Part shown: in pieces, positions 19,574 through 27,951 of the stretch
Layout of the letters: every line of letters starts with the position of its first letter
How positions within the stretch are numbered: position 1 is the first letter of the stretch
Assembly: GCA_045612985.1 (NCBI GenBank)
Contig: JAZLAB010000060.1
Location: forward strand, 23,911 to 87,910
Direction: 5' to 3'
From: Faecousia sp.
GTDB lineage: Bacteria; Bacillota; Clostridia; Oscillospirales; Oscillospiraceae
DNA: 64,000 bases
Made by a program: the position numbers and the translations under genes
Notes under the pieces: model-generated
The model's input: only the letters and a program-made list of their open reading frames with translations
Told to the model about the DNA's origin: nothing
The model's database searches: none

Positions 19574-19850
19574 TTTCAATGATTTCACGGCAGAAATCAA
19601 CTGCAGCATCACGAATAGACTCCCCCTGTCGCAAGTCTTCTGCAAAAGCAGTGATTGCCGACTGCGTTACATCTTTATCCCCGGGCAAAAGAAAATTGAT
19701 GATCGCATCTTTGTTTTTAGATAATGAAAACGCAAGCGTAAGGCAAAGAATGCATATCCATATTAATGTCGTTTTCGATTTGTTGAATTTCTTTGGCTCT
19801 GAAAAGCATTTCTTTGTTACTTTCTGTCCATAACAAATTTGATAACCCAT
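19554..19850 (-). CDS. Hypothetical single-TM protein upstream of the SpoIVFB-like gene
   Basis: AGGAGG RBS, one TM segment, overlaps the downstream gene. Confidence 0.7.
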   Translation of the reverse strand: MGYQICYGQKVTKKCFSEPKKFNKSKTTLIWICILCLTLAFSLSKNKDAIINFLLPGDKDVTQSAITAFAEDLRQGESIRDAAVDFCREIIENAGIKN

Positions 19851-19909
19851 AATTGTACCTCCTGGTGCAGTTTACGAGAATCCAGAGCAGTAAATGCATC
19901 TGCAAGGAC

Positions 19910-19938
19910 TTGACAACTGGGATTAATTTCTTTATAAT
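19910..19938 (+). promoter_or_regulatory. Consensus SigA promoter of tRNA-Pro(CGG)
   Basis: TTGACA-17-TATAAT. Confidence 0.85.
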
Positions 19939-19949
19939 GACAAAGCTTT

Positions 19950-20026
19950 CGGGGTGTGGCGAAGTTTGGTATCGCGCTTGGTTCGGGTCCAAGAGGCCTC
20001 GGGTTCGAATCCCGACACTCCGACCA
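19950..20026 (+). tRNA. tRNA-Pro(CGG)
   Basis: CGGGGTG...CTTGG-TTCGGGT-CCAAG...TTCGAAT...CACTCCG-A-CCA; 77 nt. Confidence 0.97.
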
Positions 20027-20062
20027 AAAACAGCAGCAGGGCAAATGCCCTGCTGCTGTTTT
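20027..20062 (+). terminator. Terminator hairpin immediately after tRNA-Pro(CGG)
   Basis: AAAACAGCAGCAGGGC-AAAT-GCCCTGCTGCTGTTTT. Confidence 0.85.
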
Positions 20063-20190
20063 TGCTTGTGCCGGGATTCGAAAGTTTAAACGCAACAGTC
20101 CTGTGGACTGTTGCTCGCGACGGCTCGACGGAGCGAAACCTTAATTTTCGCTCAACCTTGAGCGAAAATGCAAACGAATCCCGACACTCC
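20027..20190 (+). repeat. tRNA-associated structured cassette, copy B (downstream of tRNA-Pro CGG)
   Basis: Antisense T-arm 20068-20082, hairpin GCAACAGTCC-TGT-GGACTGTTGC, TAATTTTCGC..GCGAAAATGCAAA, and a 16-bp direct copy of the tRNA 3' part at 20175-20190. Confidence 0.8.
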
Positions 20191-20241
20191 CTTTTTATAT
20201 TAGGATTTAATCAGTCTTCCCGGGCAACCTACTCTTGCGCC

Positions 20242-20270
20242 TTGATTTTCAAATAGCAATATGGTATATT
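20242..20270 (+). promoter_or_regulatory. SigA-type promoter of murT-gatD
   Basis: TTGATT-17-(TGn)TATATT. Confidence 0.6.
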
Positions 20271-20303
20271 TTTAGAAATATAATTATATAGGAAGAGATC
20301 ATT

Positions 20304-21689
20304 ATGAAGAAAATACGATTTTTCATCGCAATGCTGGCAGCAAAAGTGTCCATATTGGGTCTACGAATCCTTGGTCGCAACGCATCCTTCCTGCCCGGTC
20401 TGATCGCGCTGACCATTGATAAAGATTTTATTGGACACCTTACCAAACCGGAAACAGTAATTGCAGTTACCGGCACGAACGGAAAAACGACTGTCAGCAA
20501 TTTGATTACATCCATTTTAACTGCCAACGGCTACCATGTTACAAACAACTCCATCGGCTCTAATGTGCAGGCCGGTATTGCAACAATTTTACTGCAAAAT
20601 TCCTCCATTGATGGCAAGCCTAAAAACGATATTGCCGTTTTGGAGGTGGATGAGCGCAGCTCTCTGCGGATCTATCCTTATATAGCACCGGATTACTTGG
20701 TGTGCAACAACATTATGCGCGACTCGCTAAAGCGCAATGCCCATACCGAGTTTATCAGTTTTATCATCAATGAGGCCCTGCCCGAGACCACCACACTCGT
20801 TCTCAACAGCGATGATGTGATCTGTTCAACGCTTGGTCCGAAGAACAAAAGCCGCGTATACTTCGGTGTAGAGGCTGATAAGCCCCAATCCGCAATAAAC
20901 GCCTATGTGCAGGATATTGTCTACTGTCCCAAATGCGGCGGCAACCTGGAAAGCGAATATCTGCGCTATAACCATATTGGCAGAATGCATTGTCAAGATT
21001 GCGACTTTGCCTCCCCTGCCCCCGACTTCGTTGTGAAGGATATTGATCGGGAAAACAACACCTTTACTGTTTCCCACAATGGCACGGATGAAACCTATCA
21101 TCTGATCAACGATAACATTGTAAATGTTTATAATTTCTGCGGTGCCATCGCGCTGCTGCATACCTTTGGCTTAAGCTATGAGCAAATCGCAAAGGGCTTT
21201 GACAGCTCTAAAATTGTTAAGACTCGTTATGACCATTTCACATCCGGTGATTTGACGATCACGATGCAGCTGGCAAAAGGCCAAAATCCCATTGCCTGCG
21301 CCCGTTGCTACAGCTATGTTGCCGGTTGCCCGGGAGAAAACAAAGCGCTGATTATTATGGTGGATGACAAAGGCGACAACAGTGGTAATTCTGAAAGCAC
21401 CTGCTGGCTTTACGATTGCGACTACTCTTACCTGACCGATGATTCCATTTCGCAAATCATTTTTGCCGGTCCAAGATGCAAAGATCACCTTTTGCGGGCT
21501 TTGATTGCAGGCGTTGATAAAGAAAAGGTATTTATGACAGAGTCTTTTGTTGGCGGCACAGATTTGGTAAACACCGCCATATCCAAGGACATCTATGTGC
21601 TGTATGATCCTTACTCCTTGAACGAAGCAAATACCGTCAAAAACAAACTGATCGCTATGGGAACGGAGGCAGTGAGAAATGATTGTTGA
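20304..21689 (+). CDS. murT: Lipid II isoglutaminyl synthase ligase subunit MurT
   Basis: GTNGKTT P-loop, EVDE, CPKC..CQDC zinc finger, DUF1727-type WLYD.D motif. Confidence 0.88.
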   Translation: MKKIRFFIAMLAAKVSILGLRILGRNASFLPGLIALTIDKDFIGHLTKPETVIAVTGTNGKTTVSNLITSILTANGYHVTNNSIGSNVQAGIATILLQNSSIDGKPKNDIAVLEVDERSSLRIYPYIAPDYLVCNNIMRDSLKRNAHTEFISFIINEALPETTTLVLNSDDVICSTLGPKNKSRVYFGVEADKPQSAINAYVQDIVYCPKCGGNLESEYLRYNHIGRMHCQDCDFASPAPDFVVKDIDRENNTFTVSHNGTDETYHLINDNIVNVYNFCGAIALLHTFGLSYEQIAKGFDSSKIVKTRYDHFTSGDLTITMQLAKGQNPIACARCYSYVAGCPGENKALIIMVDDKGDNSGNSESTCWLYDCDYSYLTDDSISQIIFAGPRCKDHLLRALIAGVDKEKVFMTESFVGGTDLVNTAISKDIYVLYDPYSLNEANTVKNKLIAMGTEAVRNDC

Positions 21690-22398
21690 AATACTTTTCC
21701 CTGAAGTCTGCGGTCTGTATGGCGACAGCCAGAATCCCGCATATTTGAAACAAACCCTTCCGGATGCGCAGTTTATTGAAACAGCCCTTACCGATACCCC
21801 CTATTTTGTTGACAATCGCCCGGATTTGATTTATATCGGCGCGATGAGCGAATCCACACAGCGGCGGGTTATTGAGAAGCTGGTGCCGTACAAAGCCCGC
21901 ATTTTGGAGTTGGTGGAAGGTGGCTTGCCGATCCTTGCCACCGGAAATGCCGGCGAGATTTTCTGCGGCCATATTGACTATGTTACCGAAAAAATGGAAG
22001 CAAACGGTCTGGGTCTTTTTGACCTGACTGTAAAGACGGATCTGTTTGACCGTTACAATGGAAAAGTCCTCGGCAAATTTGCCGATATGACCATTGTCGG
22101 TTTCCGTTCCCAGTTCAGCTTCCTCTACGGCGACAACAGCGACAACTATTTTGTGCAGTGTCAGCGAGGCGATGGTATCAACCGCCAAAGTAAGCTGGAG
22201 GGTATGCGTAAAAACAATTTGATCTGCACACAGATTCTTGGGCCCATCCTGCCTCTGAATCCGCTCTTCTGCGAATACTTTATCAGCCTTACAGGAAATA
22301 ATGTAACCGCTGCCCACAAAGAGGCCGCCATGGCCGCTTATGCGCAGCGCATCAATGAATTCCAAGATCCTAATGTGGTATTTGGAAATAATAAATAA
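21679..22398 (+). CDS. gatD: GatD/CobQ-like glutamine amidotransferase subunit, catalytic residues substituted
   Basis: LFPE...LYGD..N start, GLGL.D, EG...N, GP.LP.NP; overlaps murT. Confidence 0.82.
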   Translation: MIVEILFPEVCGLYGDSQNPAYLKQTLPDAQFIETALTDTPYFVDNRPDLIYIGAMSESTQRRVIEKLVPYKARILELVEGGLPILATGNAGEIFCGHIDYVTEKMEANGLGLFDLTVKTDLFDRYNGKVLGKFADMTIVGFRSQFSFLYGDNSDNYFVQCQRGDGINRQSKLEGMRKNNLICTQILGPILPLNPLFCEYFISLTGNNVTAAHKEAAMAAYAQRINEFQDPNVVFGNNK

Positions 22399-22400
22399 GA

Positions 22401-22430
22401 AAAATCCCCTTAGATCTAAGGGGATTTTTT
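22401..22430. terminator. Bidirectional terminator
   Basis: AAAATCCCCTTAG-AT-CTAAGGGGATTTT. Confidence 0.75.
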
Positions 22431-22835
22431 AAATACCAAAAACTTACTAAAAACATAATTGAGTATCACTACCAAAATGCTGGTAATTATCTTCCATATA
22501 TTACCATTGAAGCGCAGCAGGTCCACAAATACCAGCAAGAGACCTGTTTCAGCAACACCCGATGCAAGACGCAAACCAACAAACTTCAAAAACTCCGGCA
22601 ATGCTACCTTTGCTTCCCAGGTTTTACTCTCAAAAACGAAAAGCTTATTTGTAAAGTAGGCAAACACAACCGCAGCCACCCAAGAAACGCTGTTACTTAT
22701 AGCTGCTGATAATCCGGCGGCATTATAAAGTGGATAATAAACAAGGTAGTTTACCACCGTTGTCAACACGCCAAAAACCAAATATGTGATGATGCTACGA
22801 TATTTCCTAAACAAAGTACGTAATTTCCCGCCCAT
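22416..22835 (-). CDS. GtrA family membrane protein
   Basis: YLVFGVLTTVVN, FAYFTNKLFVF, LNYVFSKFLVF. Confidence 0.9.
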   Translation of the reverse strand: MGGKLRTLFRKYRSIITYLVFGVLTTVVNYLVYYPLYNAAGLSAAISNSVSWVAAVVFAYFTNKLFVFESKTWEAKVALPEFLKFVGLRLASGVAETGLLLVFVDLLRFNGNIWKIITSILVVILNYVFSKFLVFKKSP

Positions 22836-22891
22836 TTTTTCACCTCATTGGCAGTATACCACAAAAAACACAATTACACAATTCCCAAAAG

Positions 22892-22920
22892 AAAAACTGC
22901 AGGGATCTCCCTGCAGTTTT
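22892..22920 (-). terminator. Terminator after aminotransferase
   Basis: AAAACTGCAGGGA-TC-TCCCTGCAGTTTT. Confidence 0.8.
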
Positions 22921-22924
22921 ATCA

Positions 22925-24208
22925 TTAATTTTCAAGTAGTTTTTCCAGCGCTGCCAACTTGACGCAAGTGCAGAACACATCCATTGCCTGCTCCAGTTCC
23001 GGAATCGGAGGAAGGCTGGGCGCAATGCGGATATTGCTGTCCTTCGGGTCAATGCCGTAGGGATAAGTTGCGCCGGCAGGTGTCATTTCAACACCGGCTT
23101 CAATACACAGCGCCAAAGCCCGCTTTGCTGTGCCGGGCATTGCATTGAAGCTGACAAAATAGCCACCCTTTGGACGATTCCATTGGGCAAAACCCAAGGG
23201 TTTGATTTCCTTATCCAGCGCATCCGCGACAACACGGAATTTCGGGCCCATAACAGCGGCGTGCTGCTTCATAATCTCCAGTGTGTGGGCCTTGTTCTTC
23301 AAAAAGCGCACGTGCCGGAGCTGATTGATCTTATCTTGAGAGATCATCTGTACACCGAACATCTTGGTCAGGTATGCAATATTTGCCTCCGAGGTTGCCA
23401 TTGCAGAAAAACCGGCGCCGGCAAAGGTGATCTTGGAGGTCGAAGCAAACTCATAAACCATATCCGGATTGCCGGCTTTTTCACACAGAGAGATGATATC
23501 CGGGAACGGAACATAGTCGCCCTCAAATTCGTGAACGCCGTAGGCGTTGTCCCACATAATGGTAAAGTCGGGAGCTGCAGGCTTCAGATTTGCGAAACGA
23601 TGGATCGTCTCATCGGAGTAGATAATACCATCCGGATTTGAGTACTTGGGAACGCACCAGATACCTTTCACCTGGGGGTCTTTGACCAGTTCTTCAACCA
23701 GATCCATATCTGGTCCGTTCTCTGTCATAGGAACAGTGATCAGCTCCGCGCCAAAGAACTCGGTTACTCTGAAATGCCGATCATAACCAGGACTGGGGCA
23801 AAGGAATTTAACCACTTCTTCTTTGCACCAGGGACGTTCGCTGTGAAGCAGTCCGTGGCTGAAGGCTCTGGAAATTATATCAAACATAAAATTCAGGCTG
23901 GATGTACCGCCAACAAAAATTTGCGAGGGTTTACAATCCAAAACATCCGCCCAGTACTCCTTTGCGCAGCTTAAGCCGGAAAGCTCACCATAGTTTCTGG
24001 CATCTACACCGTCAATCAGGCACTCATCACCGGATTGCAAAGCAGTAAGCAGACCGTTGGCAATATCCAACTGCACTTTTGAAGGCTTGCCTCTTGCCAT
24101 ATTCAGTTTCAACTTTTTACTCTTACAAGCTTCGAACTGTGCAAGAACACTTTTGTATTCCTGCTGCAGCATATCTTTTGACATTTCGCAATATTTCAAA
24201 ATCTCCAT
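22925..24208 (-). CDS. PLP-dependent aminotransferase class I/II (aspartate aminotransferase-like)
   Basis: L.M.RGKP, PGYDRHF, VPKYSNPDG, WDNAY, STSKIT, NIRIAP. Confidence 0.9.
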   Translation of the reverse strand: MEILKYCEMSKDMLQQEYKSVLAQFEACKSKKLKLNMARGKPSKVQLDIANGLLTALQSGDECLIDGVDARNYGELSGLSCAKEYWADVLDCKPSQIFVGGTSSLNFMFDIISRAFSHGLLHSERPWCKEEVVKFLCPSPGYDRHFRVTEFFGAELITVPMTENGPDMDLVEELVKDPQVKGIWCVPKYSNPDGIIYSDETIHRFANLKPAAPDFTIMWDNAYGVHEFEGDYVPFPDIISLCEKAGNPDMVYEFASTSKITFAGAGFSAMATSEANIAYLTKMFGVQMISQDKINQLRHVRFLKNKAHTLEIMKQHAAVMGPKFRVVADALDKEIKPLGFAQWNRPKGGYFVSFNAMPGTAKRALALCIEAGVEMTPAGATYPYGIDPKDSNIRIAPSLPPIPELEQAMDVFCTCVKLAALEKLLEN

Positions 24209-24360
24209 CTCCTAACTGGCAAAATGAATCTTTGATATTATAGCCTTGCAAAATAAGAAAATCAATGATTTTTTTCATTCATATAAGGAATATACGCCGC
24301 TTTTGACACCTTTATCAATTTATATGAAATTTCCCTTGCAAATTTTTACATATTCGCCCA

Positions 24361-24389
24361 TTGCATTTTTCCGTGGAATCGCATAAAAT
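24361..24389 (+). promoter_or_regulatory. SigA-type promoter of glnA
   Basis: TTGCAT-17-TAAAAT. Confidence 0.6.
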
Positions 24390-24420
24390 CTAAATATATT
24401 TTAGAAAGGGGCTGTACCTG

Positions 24421-26508
24421 ATGGATAAAATCATAAATGTTCCGGAAATATTCGGCAGCGACGTTTTCAACGAGGCTACTATGCAACAGCGTCTGTTTGA
24501 CAAGACGTATAGCGCCTGGAAACAGTGCATCCAAAACCGCAGTCCTTTACCGCTGGATATTGCAAACGAGATTGCCGAAGCTATGAAACTCTGGGCGTTG
24601 GAAAAAGGCGCAACCCACTACACCCACTGGTTCCAGCCAATGACAGGAATTACCGCCGAAAAACACGATTCCTTTATCAGTCCCACCGGAGACGGTAAGG
24701 TCATTATGGAGTTTTCAGGCAAGGAGCTGGTCCGTGGCGAACCGGATGCCTCCTCCTTCCCCTCCGGTGGTCTTCGTGCGACCTTTGAAGCCCGTGGTTA
24801 CACCGCCTGGGATCCAACCGCTTTCGCCTTCGTAAAAGACGGCAGCTTATACATTCCTACCTGCTTCTTCTCCTTTACCGGGGAGTGTTTAGATACGAAA
24901 ACGCCGCTACTTCGTTCTATCGATGAAGTTTCCCGGGAGGCCGTTCGTATTTTACGGCTGTTTGGAGACAACGAAACAAAGCAGGTGCGCGTTGGCGTTG
25001 GCGCTGAACAGGAGTATTTTTTGATTCCCCGCTCCATTTACGCGCAGCGGGAGGATCTGCGACTTACCGGTCGCACGCTCTTTGGCGCACAACCGCCAAA
25101 AGGCCAGGAGCTGGATGACCACTATTTTGGCACGATCCGTACCCGCGTTTCTAATTTTATGCGGGACCTGGATGAACAGCTTTGGCGTTTGGGTGTTCTT
25201 TCCAAGACAAAGCACAATGAGGGTGCCCCCTGCCAGCATGAGCTGGCGCCCATTTTCACTGATGCAAGTAATGCCTGCGATGCAAACCAGCTTGTGATGA
25301 TGGTTATGAAGAAGTGTGCTGCAAAGCACGACCTGGTATGCCTGCTTCACGAAAAGCCTTTTGCAGGAGTCAATGGCTCCGGCAAGCACAACAACTGGTC
25401 TTTATCTACTGACAGCGGCAGAAATCTGTTCAAGCCCGGTGATACGCCCCGTCAGAACGCGCAGTTTTTGGTATTCCTGGCAGCCTTTATTAAAGGCATT
25501 GACGAATATCAGGAGTTTTTGCGCAGTACCGTTGCCTTTGCCGGAAACGATCATCGCCTGGGAGCTAATGAGGCACCACCGGCAATCATTTCCATTTTCC
25601 TCGGCGATGAGTTGACCGCAGTTGTAGACTCCATTATCAATGGTACAAATTACACCGACCCGAAAAAAAGCGTTATGCGCATCGGCGTGGATGTATTGCC
25701 GGCAATACCCAAGGACACTACCGACCGAAACAGAACCTCCCCGGTTGCCTTTACCGGTAATAAGTTTGAATTCCGTATGTTGGGTTCCTCCCAGTCCATA
25801 GCCGGTCCGAATATTGCCCTGAACACCATTATGGCAGAAGAATTGAGTCAGTTCGCTGAAATATTGGAAAAAGCCGACGACTTTGATGCCGCACTTCAGA
25901 AACTGATCTGCGATACCTTTACAAATCACCAAAGAATTATATTCAATGGTAACGGATATTCCCAGCAGTGGCAGCAAGAAGCCGCGAGCCGAGGTTTAAG
26001 TAATCTTACCTCCACTGCAAAAGCTTTGTCCGCTTTTGTGGATCAAAAGAATATCGATTTGGTTACACGGCACGGCATTTTTACGGAATCCGAATTCCAC
26101 GCCAGATATGAAATCTACCTGGAGTCTTATAACAAACTGATCCGCATAGAAGCCAGAACAATGGTGGATATGATAATGCACCAAATCCTGCCGGCGGCTA
26201 TGAGCTATTCTTCAGAGCTTGCTGATAGTGTTAACAGAAAACGCGCAGCGACTGGAATTGAAGCTGCTGCCGAGAGTTCTCTTGTCAACAGAATTTCCAA
26301 ATGCTGCGATGAACTCTATGCTGCAAGTGAGAAGCTCTATGCTGGATTGAAGGCTGTTCCTGCAGAAAACAAAGAGGCAGCGGACTATTATTGTGATACA
26401 ATCGTTCCCCAGATGGCGGCCGTCCGAAAAGAAGCCGACCTTTTGGAAAAGCTGACCGCCAAAAATCACTGGCCTTACCCCACATATTCCGAGATGCTCT
26501 ATTACTGA
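24421..26508 (+). CDS. glnA: Glutamine synthetase type III
   Basis: THWFQP, EKHDSF, EPDASSFP, HEKPF.G.NGSGKHNNWS, NKFEFR. Confidence 0.95.
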   Translation: MDKIINVPEIFGSDVFNEATMQQRLFDKTYSAWKQCIQNRSPLPLDIANEIAEAMKLWALEKGATHYTHWFQPMTGITAEKHDSFISPTGDGKVIMEFSGKELVRGEPDASSFPSGGLRATFEARGYTAWDPTAFAFVKDGSLYIPTCFFSFTGECLDTKTPLLRSIDEVSREAVRILRLFGDNETKQVRVGVGAEQEYFLIPRSIYAQREDLRLTGRTLFGAQPPKGQELDDHYFGTIRTRVSNFMRDLDEQLWRLGVLSKTKHNEGAPCQHELAPIFTDASNACDANQLVMMVMKKCAAKHDLVCLLHEKPFAGVNGSGKHNNWSLSTDSGRNLFKPGDTPRQNAQFLVFLAAFIKGIDEYQEFLRSTVAFAGNDHRLGANEAPPAIISIFLGDELTAVVDSIINGTNYTDPKKSVMRIGVDVLPAIPKDTTDRNRTSPVAFTGNKFEFRMLGSSQSIAGPNIALNTIMAEELSQFAEILEKADDFDAALQKLICDTFTNHQRIIFNGNGYSQQWQQEAASRGLSNLTSTAKALSAFVDQKNIDLVTRHGIFTESEFHARYEIYLESYNKLIRIEARTMVDMIMHQILPAAMSYSSELADSVNRKRAATGIEAAAESSLVNRISKCCDELYAASEKLYAGLKAVPAENKEAADYYCDTIVPQMAAVRKEADLLEKLTAKNHWPYPTYSEMLYY

Positions 26509-26509
26509 T

Positions 26510-26544
26510 AAAAACGCCTCCGGTTATTCCGGAGGCGTTTTTTT
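26510..26544. terminator. Bidirectional terminator
   Basis: AAAAACGCCTCCGG-TTATT-CCGGAGGCGTTTTTTT. Confidence 0.85.
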
Positions 26545-26551
26545 ATTCTCA

Positions 26552-26989
26552 TTATTTGCCTGTTGACCCAAAACCGCCGGCGGCGCGCTGTGTGTCATTG
26601 AGCTCCTCTACCTGTGTAAAGCCCGGTGTAATAACCGGGGTGATCACGAGCTGTGCGATTCGTTCCCCATTGGAAATGGTCTGGACCTGCTGGCCGTGAT
26701 TGTGCAGCACAACAATAAACTCCCCTCTGTAATCGCTGTCGATCACGCCCACCTTGTTTGCAGGGGCAACATCCCGCTTGCAAGCAAGACCGCTGCGGGC
26801 GTAAATCAGGCCTGCATAGCCTTTGGGAATCTCCATAGCAAGTCCGGTGGGTACAAATACGGATTTGCCCGGCTCGATCTGAATATCTTCATCAATGCAT
26901 GCATACAGGTCTGCGCCCGCGGCATCAAGTGAGCCGTAAGTGGGAAGTTTGGCGTTGGGCCGTAAGCATTTAACGCGGATTTGTTCCAT
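26552..26989 (-). CDS. dut: dUTP diphosphatase
   Basis: AGADL, RSG, GVIDSDYRGE, RIAQL, GGFGSTG. Confidence 0.96.
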   Translation of the reverse strand: MEQIRVKCLRPNAKLPTYGSLDAAGADLYACIDEDIQIEPGKSVFVPTGLAMEIPKGYAGLIYARSGLACKRDVAPANKVGVIDSDYRGEFIVVLHNHGQQVQTISNGERIAQLVITPVITPGFTQVEELNDTQRAAGGFGSTGK

Positions 26990-27009
26990 AAAAGCATCTC
27001 CTAATATGT

Positions 27010-27948
27010 TCATATTTCTTTGATCGATTTTTTTAATAATTTCACAATAAGATCGGTATAGGCGTCCGGATCGATCAAAAAGCTAACTCCGTGCCCTGCG
27101 CCATCTACCAGAAGCAGCGATTTATCCCCTGCACAGGTATCATAGCCTTCCTCTGTCATCCGGCAGGGAACAAAGTCATCATCTTTGCCGTGTACCAGAA
27201 GAATCGGCAATTTGTTTTTGGCAAGTGTTCTTCTGGAATCCTTTTGATCCAGGGAAAAACCGGCGACCAGGCGCGCAAAGATGTCTGCAACCCAGATCGC
27301 TATTGTTGCAGGCAGGTGCGTTACATTTTTAAATACGCAGCTGATAATGTCCTTTGGTGAGGTAAAGCCACAATCTGCAATGATTCCGCCAACATTTTCG
27401 GGAAGATCCTCATCTGCAAGATACATCACTGTAGACGCGCCCATAGACAGGCCACTTAAAATGATTGGTAATTTCCCAAATTGCTGATTGTGATATTGGA
27501 TCCAGCAAAGAAAATCCTTACTTTCCTTCACGCCAAAGGTAATAAAACTTCCCTCACTTTTTCCGTGGCACCGCTGGTCGGGAATCAGAATATTAAATCC
27601 CATTTCATAATAGAAAGGATACGCTACGCCAAAATCCAAAAGCGGCGTGCTCCGGTAGCCGTGGGCAAATATAATAGTTCCAACGGCCTTTTCCTGCCCG
27701 ATCCAGCGACCGTGCAACTTTAGGCCATCCTCACTGGTAATGTAAACATCCTTTTGATTATGATCCCGCAGCCATTGATCTGCATTCTTTATGCACCCAT
27801 AATACTTTGCGTATGATGTTCTTTCAATTTCTTCCTTAACCAGCCAGAGCAGTTCCTTCTTTCTGGCGCAAGCGCTCCAAAAAGTGTAAGCGCCAACAGC
27901 AAAAATCAAGAAAAGCACAACACCCAGCACAAGGAGAACAATCTTCAT
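27010..27948 (-). CDS. Membrane-anchored alpha/beta hydrolase
   Basis: HGY, GLSMG nucleophile elbow, HG..D..VP, GAGH. Confidence 0.9.
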   Translation of the reverse strand: MKIVLLVLGVVLFLIFAVGAYTFWSACARKKELLWLVKEEIERTSYAKYYGCIKNADQWLRDHNQKDVYITSEDGLKLHGRWIGQEKAVGTIIFAHGYRSTPLLDFGVAYPFYYEMGFNILIPDQRCHGKSEGSFITFGVKESKDFLCWIQYHNQQFGKLPIILSGLSMGASTVMYLADEDLPENVGGIIADCGFTSPKDIISCVFKNVTHLPATIAIWVADIFARLVAGFSLDQKDSRRTLAKNKLPILLVHGKDDDFVPCRMTEEGYDTCAGDKSLLLVDGAGHGVSFLIDPDAYTDLIVKLLKKSIKEI

Positions 27949-27951
27949 AAC

